From the NCBI GenBank assembly GCA_029961005.1, contig JASBVW010000001.1, positions 1 to 34,986 of the forward strand: DNA of 34,986 bases. Direction: 5' to 3'. Within the stretch, counting starts at the first letter, position 1; each line of letters starts with the position of its first letter. The notes beneath the pieces are model-generated. The model was not told where the DNA came from. It did not search any database and was given only the letters and a program-made list of their open reading frames with translations. This document shows, piece after piece, positions 16,082 to 24,475 of this stretch. The translations under genes and the position numbers were made by a program. This DNA comes from Bacillota bacterium (GTDB lineage Bacteria > Bacillota > UBA5301 > JASBVW01).

Positions 16082-16564
16082 CTATTTCTTCTCCTCCGCC
16101 TTCTTTCCTTCCGCCTGGGCCCGCTGCAAGACCAGCTCGGTGATGTCCTTCCCTCCGTAAAGCACCGCCTGCTGGTCCATCACCACTGCCAGCCCTTCCT
16201 GGCGAGCCACCGCTTCGATGGTGGCGAGGATCTTCTGGCGGGCCTGGCGCAAGAGGGCCTCCTTCTGGGCGTCCAGCCCGGCCTGGTACTGCTGAAACAG
16301 CTTCACCTTCTCCTCCTGGCTCAGGTTCTTGGACTTTTCGTCGTATTCTTTCTGCAGGCGCGCGGTCTCCTGCTCCAGGCTGGCCTGCACCTCTTTCATG
16401 GCCGGGAATTCGTTGAGCAGGCGCATCGTGTCTACCACGCCCACCTGGGACAGCTTGTCCGCCCGAGTAACCGAAAGGCTGGCCGCCAACGAGACCACCA
16501 GGGCCACCGCCGACACCGCAGCCAGCGCCAGGATGAACTGCCTTCGCTCATTGAGTTTCAACAT
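16082..16564 (-). CDS. skp: Skp/OmpH-family periplasmic chaperone, paralog 1
   Basis: 160 aa. A signal/anchor segment is followed by VGVVDTMRLLNEFPAMKE, a coiled coil and EGLAVVMDQQAVLYGGKDITELVLQ. Confidence 0.85.
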   Translation of the reverse strand: MLKLNERRQFILALAAVSAVALVVSLAASLSVTRADKLSQVGVVDTMRLLNEFPAMKEVQASLEQETARLQKEYDEKSKNLSQEEKVKLFQQYQAGLDAQKEALLRQARQKILATIEAVARQEGLAVVMDQQAVLYGGKDITELVLQRAQAEGKKAEEKK

Positions 16565-16616
16565 CGCTTCACTCCCCCAAAATTTTACTGACCGCCAACG
16601 GTACCATTATACGGCA

Positions 16617-17996
16617 CTAAAGATTTCCCTGTACCCTCAGCCAAAAGCGGGCCCGGTCGTCGCCCACCAGCTCCACCGCCATGAACTCGTTCATTCTCAC
16701 CTCTATCCCCACCTCCATACCGCGGCCGGCGAAAGATCCGGAGCCATCCGCCGCCCCGCCGACGGCCACCCCGCCCAAGCCGGTGCTGATGTGTAAGGTC
16801 TCGCGGGGACCCAGCCGGTGCCTGATCTCCAGCCGGGAAAGCCGGGCGGCCGGGTCGTAGCTGAGGTCCAGCCTGGTGGTGGGCGGAAATTCCCAGCCCG
16901 CTCCCACCTGCCACTCCGCGTGGAGGTGGTTGAGGATGGTTCGGTTGGCCAGAAAGGCCTCGCCCCTCTCCCCGACCCGCCAGCCCAGGTGCCCTTCCAG
17001 GGAGGGGTCCGGGGCGCTCTGGCCGATATTCAGCACCGCCAGGAGAGAGAAGCGAAAGGCCGTGGAATCCAAGTCCAGCTCCAGGGCCGCTTCCGGAGCA
17101 GGGTTGATTTGCACCTTGGCCCTGAGGCCGTAGCGGCCCACCCCCGCTTTCTCTTCAATATACTGCTCCAGGGCCGCCGCCAGGTTCCGGCGATAGCGCT
17201 CTAGCAGCGGCACTGGAATCCCCTCCAGCAGCCGGGCCTGCTCCTCAATTTGGGGCTGGAGGCTGTGCACCACTACCCCGGGCAGGGTGGAGGAGCGCAG
17301 GAGAACCCTCACCCGCTGTACCACCGGCGGGTCCGGGGTCAGCCTGACCCGGAGCTTCACCTCTTCCCCCCACTCGCCGGCCACAGCCGCGCGGTAGCCG
17401 GGCAAGGCCTTGGCCGCTACTCCTTCCACCAGGGGAGCCAAGGCAAAACGGGCCCATTCCATAGCCTCCACCGGCGCCCCCACCACCAACTCCTCCACCT
17501 GTCCCTGGAGGGCGGCCAGCTCGCGGTCCAAAGCCGCCTGTAGCCTGGGATGGAGTCCGTCGACCTGCACCTGCAGCTCTACTTTCCGCACCCGCGGCCC
17601 CCGCGGCTTTAACTGAATGGTCAGGAGGGCCGTGCGGCCGGGCTCCAGGCGGACGGTCTGAACTTCAAACCCGCTCAAGACGCGGGTAAAGACCTCCTGA
17701 ATGGCTCTCTCCAACGGCCCCCGCAGGTACTGGACGTCGTCCACCTTCTGGTTCAAGAGGACGGCCTCCCCCACCACCCGCAGGCTGCTTTCTATGCGTT
17801 CCAGGAGGCCAAAGCGGGGCAGCCCGTCTTCGGCCAGCACCCGCACCGCCACAGACTGCACGCGCGGAGGCTCCGGCGCCGTTTCCCCAGCCTCTGCCGC
17901 CCGGGCGGCAGGTGCAGCGACAAGGAACCCGGCGAGGAGGAAGGCCCCTATCCGTCGCCGGGTGGCCCTGGCCCATGCGCGGAGGAGTCCAGGCAC
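16617..17996 (-). CDS. Secreted protein of unknown function, a putative outer-membrane protein
   Basis: 459 aa. The signal peptide is GAFLLAGFLVAAPAARA, followed by AEA. The N-terminal two-thirds are mixed alpha/beta. The C-terminal 150 aa or so show alternating hydrophobic patterns (FRFSLLAVLNIG, AEWQVGAGWEF, TRLDLSYD, RLEIRHRL, MEVGIEVRM, RFWLRVQGNL) suggesting amphipathic beta strands. I recognise no family. Confidence 0.6.
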   Translation of the reverse strand: MPGLLRAWARATRRRIGAFLLAGFLVAAPAARAAEAGETAPEPPRVQSVAVRVLAEDGLPRFGLLERIESSLRVVGEAVLLNQKVDDVQYLRGPLERAIQEVFTRVLSGFEVQTVRLEPGRTALLTIQLKPRGPRVRKVELQVQVDGLHPRLQAALDRELAALQGQVEELVVGAPVEAMEWARFALAPLVEGVAAKALPGYRAAVAGEWGEEVKLRVRLTPDPPVVQRVRVLLRSSTLPGVVVHSLQPQIEEQARLLEGIPVPLLERYRRNLAAALEQYIEEKAGVGRYGLRAKVQINPAPEAALELDLDSTAFRFSLLAVLNIGQSAPDPSLEGHLGWRVGERGEAFLANRTILNHLHAEWQVGAGWEFPPTTRLDLSYDPAARLSRLEIRHRLGPRETLHISTGLGGVAVGGAADGSGSFAGRGMEVGIEVRMNEFMAVELVGDDRARFWLRVQGNL

Positions 17997-18011
17997 TGAG
18001 GTTTACCCTCC

Positions 18012-19718
18012 CTAAAAGGCCTGCCCAAAGCTGAAGTAGGTCTGGGCCTGGCGCCCCGGTGCGCCAAAGCCGTGGTCGATCCTGATCACGCCCACCGGCG
18101 TATCCACGCGCACCCCGAGGCCGAAGTTGGAGACCATCTCGTCCAGGCGCAGGGGCTCGTCCCTCTTCCAAGCTTTGCCCAGGTCGAAAAAGACCGCTCC
18201 CTGCAAGTTTTGGACGATCCAGAAGCGGTACTCCGCGTTCAAGACCAGCTTCTTGTCCCCGACGAAGTAGTTGAGGGGATACCCCCGGAGGGTATCGGAT
18301 CCGCCCACGGAGAAGAGCTCATGGGGCGGCACCGACTCGCCGGTGATGAGACCGGCGTCGAGGTGCAGGGCCACCGTCTGGCCGGCCCACCCCGCCTTGT
18401 AGTACTGGCTGAGGTCCACCTCGTATTTGTTGAAGATCCAGTCGCTGCCCAGAAACTGAGGGGCAAACTCCGCCGAGACCGAGCGCCGGCCGCCGGAGGT
18501 GGGGCGCAGGATGAAGTCCCGGGTGTCGTTGACCACGGAGAAGGTCAAGCTGCGGGTCTTGCCGTACTGAAAGTCCGGGTTCACGTAGCCCTCGTACCTG
18601 GTATCCTCCACGGTCAGGCGCCCGGAGACCCGGGTGAAGTCGTCCAGCCGCCGCCCCAAGGTGACGTCGCCCCCCGCTTCGTATTGGTTGTACGTGTTTC
18701 CGTACTCGTCCACCCGATTGAGCAGCCGCCGGTTGTAGAGATTGAACCCGCCGAAGGTCCCCCGGTCGTCCAGGTAGGGCTCAAAGAACCCCAGTTCCCA
18801 GGTGTTCTTGTTCTTTCCAAATTCCCAGCGCACGTTGACCCGCTGGCCGCGGCCCAGGAAGTTTTCGTCCGCCACCTCCAGGTAACCCACCAGGCCATCG
18901 CTGGAGCTCCAGCCGGCGCCGGCGGCCGCCGTGCCTGTCTTGCGCTCCTTCACCTCGATGGTGAGGTCGGTGACGTCGGGGTCGCTCGTCTCGCTGAACT
19001 TGCGGGAGACCTCATCAAAGAAACCCAGGTTGGCCACGCGGCGCAGGTCCGCCTGGAGCTTCTTCAGGTCCAGGACCTCCCCGGGTCGGGTCCTGATCTC
19101 CCGCCGGATCACGTAGTCCTTGGTCTTTTGGTTGCCGGTGATCTCGATCTTGCCCACGCGGGTCTCCGCCAAGACGATCTTCACGATCCCCGCGTCGGTA
19201 ATGGCCACGTCTTTGATCCGGGCCGGGATCCCGTACTCTTGAAAGCCCTTGTCCAGAAAGCGCTTCAACCCTTCCTGGAGCTTGTTGAGGTTGAGGATCT
19301 CCCCTACGGCAATGCCCAGTTCCCCCTTGAGCTGCTCGACCGGGAAGAGGGAGCCGCCGGTGATCTCGATGCCCTTGACGATGGGATTCTCCACCACCGC
19401 GAAGACCACCTTGGCTCCGCCCGGCTGCTCGCTCAGCCGGGCCCGGACGTCAAAGAAATAGCCCAGATCGTGGATGGCCTGCAGGTCCTTCTTCAGCGCT
19501 TCCTCGCTCACCGGCTGCCCGACCTTGGTCTCCTTGACCGCCTCCAGGATGACGTCCGCCGGTACGTAGTGATTTCCTTCCACGGCGATTTCGGTCGCTA
19601 TGGGGTTGGCTCCCCGCGCGGGCGGGACACCCCACCCCAAAAGAAACAGACCGGCTACCGCGAGCAACAAGACGCTTGGTGCTGCGACAGTCCGCATGCG
19701 CTGCTGCAAGTAGTTCAC
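18012..19718 (-). CDS. bamA: Outer membrane protein assembly factor BamA (Omp85 family), apparently with three POTRA domains
   Basis: 568 aa with a signal peptide. POTRA-like repeats span roughly residues 40-260 (IAVEGNHYVPADVI, IEITGGSLFP, IEITGNQKTKDYVIRREI). The Omp85 barrel carries the RGY motif (GGSDTLRGYP), VRIDHGFG, and ends in FSFGQAF. The start is a GTG after GAGGAGG. Confidence 0.92.
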   Translation of the reverse strand: MNYLQQRMRTVAAPSVLLLAVAGLFLLGWGVPPARGANPIATEIAVEGNHYVPADVILEAVKETKVGQPVSEEALKKDLQAIHDLGYFFDVRARLSEQPGGAKVVFAVVENPIVKGIEITGGSLFPVEQLKGELGIAVGEILNLNKLQEGLKRFLDKGFQEYGIPARIKDVAITDAGIVKIVLAETRVGKIEITGNQKTKDYVIRREIRTRPGEVLDLKKLQADLRRVANLGFFDEVSRKFSETSDPDVTDLTIEVKERKTGTAAAGAGWSSSDGLVGYLEVADENFLGRGQRVNVRWEFGKNKNTWELGFFEPYLDDRGTFGGFNLYNRRLLNRVDEYGNTYNQYEAGGDVTLGRRLDDFTRVSGRLTVEDTRYEGYVNPDFQYGKTRSLTFSVVNDTRDFILRPTSGGRRSVSAEFAPQFLGSDWIFNKYEVDLSQYYKAGWAGQTVALHLDAGLITGESVPPHELFSVGGSDTLRGYPLNYFVGDKKLVLNAEYRFWIVQNLQGAVFFDLGKAWKRDEPLRLDEMVSNFGLGVRVDTPVGVIRIDHGFGAPGRQAQTYFSFGQAF

Positions 19719-19736
19719 GGGCTCTCCTCCTCAATT

Positions 19737-19759
19737 AAAAAAGATTGGCCGGGTCGGCC
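19737..19759 (-). terminator. Weak terminator-like hairpin with a U-tract just upstream of the bamA RBS
   Basis: The minus strand reads GGCCG-ACC-CGGCC followed by AATCTTTTTT. The stem is short (5 GC pairs), so confidence is low. Confidence 0.35.
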
Positions 19760-19796
19760 TGGCCCTGCCCTGTGGCGGGGCGAGCTCCCTGCCGGG

Positions 19797-20507
19797 CTAC
19801 GGGTGTCCGGCTGAGCCGCGCAAAGAATCAGAGGCCAGTTTGACCAGCTGGTTGAGATCTAACTCGATCTGGGGAGCCGGCCGGTCAGCCTCGGCTGCGG
19901 CGGCTGCCGGATCGGCCGCCGCCGGAGCAGCCGCGGCCGGCGCCACAGGCTCCGCGAGCGCCGGGGTCGGGCCGCCACCGGTCACCCCGTCCGCCCCTTT
20001 AACCTCCTCGGCCGCACTCAATTCTCCGCCTCCGGCAGCGGTGGAGGCAGCGAGGGGCGCGGTCGGCACGGCCTCAGCCCCCACCGGCCGTACAGCCGCC
20101 ACTGCCTTGGGCCGCGGAGCAGGGGCCGGAGGCTGCTCCCGCGGCGCCGGCGCTGCAGGAGCAGGAGTCACGGCCGCCACGGGGGTCGGCAAAACCGGGG
20201 CCGCAGCCGGCTGGGCCAGCCACCCGAGCACCGCCAGGGCCACCGCCAGAAGACCGCCCCCCCAGGCCGCCGCCCGGAAGAGGCGCCCCCGGGGCCGGGC
20301 GTCCGCCCTGCCGGGCAAAGCCCAGGCCTGCCGGCGCACGGACCTGCCCTGCCGGCTCATCTCCCAAGCGCGGCGCACCTCCCCCAGAACCAGGGAGAGG
20401 GTCAACTCGCCCCGCACCGGATTATCTTTGCTGAACTCCTGCTCGGCCTGCTCCAGCCACTGCCTGGCAAAGCGCAGATGCCGCACCACCCCGTGCTTTT
20501 CACCCAT
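19797..20507 (-). CDS. Single-pass membrane protein with an Ala/Pro-rich ectodomain, a candidate anti-sigma or regulatory partner of the upstream sigma factor
   Basis: 236 aa. A helical cytoplasmic N-terminus of about 55 aa is followed by one TM (WGGGLLAVALAVLGWLA) and then a low-complexity A/P-rich tail. The start lies 14 nt after the sigma gene stop. No zinc-finger (HxxxCxxC) anti-sigma motif is present. Confidence 0.5.
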   Translation of the reverse strand: MGEKHGVVRHLRFARQWLEQAEQEFSKDNPVRGELTLSLVLGEVRRAWEMSRQGRSVRRQAWALPGRADARPRGRLFRAAAWGGGLLAVALAVLGWLAQPAAAPVLPTPVAAVTPAPAAPAPREQPPAPAPRPKAVAAVRPVGAEAVPTAPLAASTAAGGGELSAAEEVKGADGVTGGGPTPALAEPVAPAAAAPAAADPAAAAAEADRPAPQIELDLNQLVKLASDSLRGSAGHP

Positions 20508-20521
20508 CGCTCCACCCTCCT

Positions 20522-21172
20522 TTACACCCGTGCCAGATCAGGCAGCTCCCGAGCCAGCATGCCGCGCAGGCGCCGAATGGCCCTGCGCTGGAGCCGGTAG
20601 AGGTATGAGGTGGTAATGTTGAGCTGGGAAGCAATGCGGGAAGGCTCCTGCTCGGCTACATAGACGCCGTTGACCACCGCCTGCTCCTTCTCCGGCAGGC
20701 GATGCACCAGCCGGGCCAGGGTACGCCTGAGTTCCCACCTCTCCAACTGCTCCTGCGGCTCGGAGGTATAGCCCTCGCCGCCCACCGCCAGCTCGCCTGC
20801 CCAGGCCGGTGAAGACTCCTCCCAGGAGAGGGGAGCCGGTTCTCCGCGGACCTCCCGGAGGTAGTCCAGGATGTAGCCGCGGATCCACCGGCGGGCGTAG
20901 GCGCTAAACGGAACCCCGCGCCGGTGGTCAAACCGCTCCACCGCTTCAATCAGCCCGACAGTCCCTTCCTGGATCAGATCCAGCACAAAATGCTCTTCCA
21001 AGCCGTAGTTGCGGGACGCCACCAGCTTGAGCACCAGGGACTGATAGAACTCGATCAGGAGGCGCCGGGCCTCCAGGTCGCCCTCTTCTTTATAGCGCGA
21101 CCACAGCTCCTGCTCCTCCTCTGGAACCAGGGGCTTCACCTGTCGCAGCGCTTCTAGGTATTCCTTGAGCAT
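20522..21172 (-). CDS. Sigma-70 family RNA polymerase sigma factor, group 3 / FliA-SigF-like, with a short region 3
   Basis: Region 2 reads DLIQEGTVGLIEAVERFDHRRGVPFSAYARRWIRGYILDYLRE. The region 4 helix-turn-helix reads PSRIASQLNITTSYLYRLQRRAIRRLR. I prefer the ATG at 21172 (MLKEYLE). The ORF track starts at a GTG at 21256. Confidence 0.8.
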   Translation of the reverse strand: MLKEYLEALRQVKPLVPEEEQELWSRYKEEGDLEARRLLIEFYQSLVLKLVASRNYGLEEHFVLDLIQEGTVGLIEAVERFDHRRGVPFSAYARRWIRGYILDYLREVRGEPAPLSWEESSPAWAGELAVGGEGYTSEPQEQLERWELRRTLARLVHRLPEKEQAVVNGVYVAEQEPSRIASQLNITTSYLYRLQRRAIRRLRGMLARELPDLARV

Positions 21173-21262
21173 AAGCCCCACCGTTGGAGTTCTTCGACTG
21201 TTCCAGGGCAATTCCTTCCGCTCTCCCACAACAATTCGTGACAGAGCGGCCACCACTTGGGA

Positions 21263-24200
21263 TTAGAACCTGAGCTTGCCCTCCAAACCCAGCCAGACCT
21301 CACCCCGGCTGTCGAATCCGCTGGTGAAGACCACTCCCGGCTTCAAGCGGTATTCGAAGCGCAAGGACTCGTCTGGTTTTTCCAGGTTTAAACTGCGGCT
21401 GTAGGTGACGTACAGGTCGTCGACCAGGTACTTGCCGAACTGCATCTGCACCTGCTCCTCGGCAAAGCCCCGCTCCAGCCTGAATTCGTCCAACTGAAGC
21501 ACATCCCGCACCGCATGCTCCAACCCTTTAAAGACGGTGCCGCGGATCTCCTCATCCAGGAGGCTCAGCATCTCCTGGCCGGTGACCTCCCCCGCCTCGC
21601 CGCCCCGGAGCAGGCGGGAGATCCTCCCCGTCAGAGCCAACCGCTCCAGAATCTCCTCCTCCGAAAGCGGAGGGTCGGAAGAGAGCTGCAGGTCGAGCTC
21701 CGGCACCTGGCCGGAGATGCGCAAGCCGATGAGGGCATCCTCCGCCCTGGCCTGAGCCTTGACTTCCAGCTGAGGATTTATGCCGTGCAGCGAGGTAAAG
21801 ACCGCCGAACCCTCGCTCACCCGGAAGACGGTGCCCAAATAGACGATGACGCCGCGGGTGGCCTCCGCCCGCCCCGCTAGGGTGGGCTCCCTGAGGGTCC
21901 CGCCGATCTTCAGCCGGCCGTAGGCCCGCACATCCACGCTCTCGCCGCCCACGATCCGGACGTCGTCGGCATTGGTCAATTCCACGTCCAGAGCGGCGTC
22001 GAGCGGAGAGTGGCCCCCTCCCAGGTGGCCGCCCAGGTTAAGGGTGGTCCTGGCCAGCTGCACCCTTCCCTGCAAGAGAGGGAGGTTCGCCGGCCCGCGC
22101 AGGGAGAGATCGGCATCGATCAGGCCGTCCAGGAAGGAATCGGAGTAGTGCAGATCCTCGGCCTGGAGGTACAGGTCCACCTCCTGCACCGCCAGGCCTC
22201 TCAGGGTCAGGATGCCCCTCCCGGCAGCCGTACCCTCGTTTACCTGCGCGCTGGCGCGCTCGATCACCACCTGGTGGCCGCGGAAGAGCAGGCGCCCTTC
22301 CCCCTCCGCCACCGTAAAAGGAGGGGCGGAGAGAGAGAGCTGCTCGAACTGGAAAGCGCCGTAGACCCCCACCTCATCCCAAGGGCCGATTAGGCGCAGG
22401 TTCAGGGCACCGCGCCCCTCCTGAATGGCCTGGCGCCCCCAGGCCAAATTGAGGATCTTCAAGCTCCCCCGCGGCAGCGAGACGGTCAAATCCACCGGTG
22501 TAGCCGCCGCCCCGGCGGCGACGCTCAGGCGCTCCGCCAGTGCGGGGGGAAGAGGAATCCTCCCCTCCACCTGGAGGAGCTGGCCGTCCGCAGCCACCTG
22601 TAGCCCTTCCAGCTCCACCGCTCCCTCCGCCAGGCGCACCGTCCCCTCCGCGCGCTGGAAGGGGACCTCACCCATGCGCCCGTCCTCCAGGTCGAAGGAG
22701 CCCTCCAGGCAGGGGGAGACCGCCGACCCCGTGATCCTAGCCTGTCCGCTCAACTTCCCCTCGAGCGGGAAAGCAGGGTCCCACATCCTCAGCACGGACT
22801 CTACCGCAAAGGACTCTGCGGCGACGGAAAGATCCAGTGCGCCGGCGGTACTCCAAGTTCCGCGGGCCGAAAGGCTCCCTCCCCCCTTTTGCACCACTAA
22901 GAACCTCTCCAGGGAGACGCGCTCGCCCTCCATCTCCATAGCCAGGGCAGCGGTCAGGTCCCCTTCCCCCCGGCGCCCCTCCGCCGCCAGCAGGTTCACC
23001 CTCACCCGGGGGTGGGAGGCGCGCCCGGTCAGCCAGGCGGTGCCGTCGCAGAGCGCTTCCACCCCCGCCGGGGGCCGTTGATCGGCGATCTTGAGCAACT
23101 CCGAAAGCCTGGCTCGCCTGAACTCCACCTTGACTTCGAAGGCCGGGTCCGGCTGAAGGGCCAGCTCCCCATTCAGGGTGTACTCTTCCTGGCCCCGCTG
23201 GAGCCGCAGCCCGGTGAGGTACAAGCGCCCGCCTCTGTATTCCACCGGTCCGGCTGCGCGGTCCAAAAGATAGGGGCCCAGCACCAGGCTCTGGGCTTTG
23301 ACCTCCCCGCCCAGGTGAGGGTCTTTGAGCGTCCCCGAGAGGCGGCCGGTAAACTCCACCGTGCCCGCCGCCCGGCCCAGGCTGGCCGCCAGTTGCGGAA
23401 AAGCCGCCAGTTGGACCTGCTCTATCCGGAGGTCGATGGCCAGCTCCTCCCCCTGGATCGTGCCGCTGCCGTAGCCGCTGCCCAGGGGGCTTTCGATGGT
23501 AAAGGAATCCAGGAGAATTTCCCTCCCGCGCCCTTTGAACTGGATTTCGGCCCGCCGGAAGTCCTGGCCGGCCACCCGGCCTTTCGCTACCGACACCTTC
23601 CCCTCCAGAGCAGGCGCGGAGAGCGGGCCATGGAGGGCCACCTGCCCGTAGGCTTCCCCCTTGAGATCCCAGGAGACCCCGGCCAGGCGCAGGAGATCGG
23701 CTATCTCACCCCTTTCCACCTCCCCGGTCAGGCGAGCCACGGGCCCGGCCGCCTCGAAGAGCAGTTCCCCCTCCAGCCGGTAGGCGGAGCTTCCGTGCAG
23801 AATCGCCACCTGTTCCAGCTCCAGCCGGGGCCGCTGCCACCGGAGATAACCCTCGGCCCGTTCAAAGGTCCGATCCCGCCAGGCGGCTTCAGCGACCCCG
23901 AACCAGCCGGAGACCGCCGGGTCGGCCAGGGAACCCTCGACGCGCCCGTGAAAGCGCAGGCGCCCTCTCACCTCGCCGGCGCCCGCCCTGCCGCGCCACT
24001 CCTCCGGCAAAAGCGGCCAGAGCTCCGCCAGGTCGACCTGGCGGAGGTCCACCGCCAGCGCCAGCTCTCCCTCCGGGGAGACCTCGCCCGAAGCTACAGC
24101 CACAGCACCCCGCCGGAAGACTTTGAGCTCGTTGAAGTGCCAGACGCCCCCTGCCAGCATAAAGCCGGCCTCCAGCCGGTCTGCTTTCCAATTCCGGAAC

Positions 24201-24475
24201 GAAGGCCCTTGCACCGCCAGGTCTCCGGTGAGCCGGACCTGCTCTCGTCCCCACCCTCGCCCGGACCCGACCAGCCGGCCCTCCAGGAGCCCTTCGCACT
24301 GAGGAACCCCGGCCAGTCCGGCGTCCCGGAGGGCGCGGGAGAGGGTGGCCAGATCCACCCTCTGCACCCGGAGGACCCCCGCAAAGGCCCAGGGGTTCCC
24401 CCGGCCGCCCACCACCCCTTCCCCGGTGGCGTCACCGGCTGGGCCGCGGACGGCCAGGCGGCGGACGGTCCACAC
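21263..24475 (-). CDS. tamB: TamB-like translocation and assembly module protein, C-terminal 1070-aa portion (DUF490 end)
   Basis: Long repetitive beta-rich sequence. The C-terminal DUF490-like segment is QFGKYLVDDLYVTYSRSL...FEYRLKPGVVFTSGFDSRGEVWLGLEGKLRF, ending in Phe. This frame opens only 8 codons upstream of the nominal GTG at 24475. Confidence 0.8.
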   Translation of the reverse strand: MWTVRRLAVRGPAGDATGEGVVGGRGNPWAFAGVLRVQRVDLATLSRALRDAGLAGVPQCEGLLEGRLVGSGRGWGREQVRLTGDLAVQGPSFRNWKADRLEAGFMLAGGVWHFNELKVFRRGAVAVASGEVSPEGELALAVDLRQVDLAELWPLLPEEWRGRAGAGEVRGRLRFHGRVEGSLADPAVSGWFGVAEAAWRDRTFERAEGYLRWQRPRLELEQVAILHGSSAYRLEGELLFEAAGPVARLTGEVERGEIADLLRLAGVSWDLKGEAYGQVALHGPLSAPALEGKVSVAKGRVAGQDFRRAEIQFKGRGREILLDSFTIESPLGSGYGSGTIQGEELAIDLRIEQVQLAAFPQLAASLGRAAGTVEFTGRLSGTLKDPHLGGEVKAQSLVLGPYLLDRAAGPVEYRGGRLYLTGLRLQRGQEEYTLNGELALQPDPAFEVKVEFRRARLSELLKIADQRPPAGVEALCDGTAWLTGRASHPRVRVNLLAAEGRRGEGDLTAALAMEMEGERVSLERFLVVQKGGGSLSARGTWSTAGALDLSVAAESFAVESVLRMWDPAFPLEGKLSGQARITGSAVSPCLEGSFDLEDGRMGEVPFQRAEGTVRLAEGAVELEGLQVAADGQLLQVEGRIPLPPALAERLSVAAGAAATPVDLTVSLPRGSLKILNLAWGRQAIQEGRGALNLRLIGPWDEVGVYGAFQFEQLSLSAPPFTVAEGEGRLLFRGHQVVIERASAQVNEGTAAGRGILTLRGLAVQEVDLYLQAEDLHYSDSFLDGLIDADLSLRGPANLPLLQGRVQLARTTLNLGGHLGGGHSPLDAALDVELTNADDVRIVGGESVDVRAYGRLKIGGTLREPTLAGRAEATRGVIVYLGTVFRVSEGSAVFTSLHGINPQLEVKAQARAEDALIGLRISGQVPELDLQLSSDPPLSEEEILERLALTGRISRLLRGGEAGEVTGQEMLSLLDEEIRGTVFKGLEHAVRDVLQLDEFRLERGFAEEQVQMQFGKYLVDDLYVTYSRSLNLEKPDESLRFEYRLKPGVVFTSGFDSRGEVWLGLEGKLRF

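Noticed and set aside
18072-19814. A 580-aa plus-strand ORF opposite bamA.
   Set aside because: It is antisense to an unmistakable Omp85/BamA gene and its translation has no protein-like pattern.
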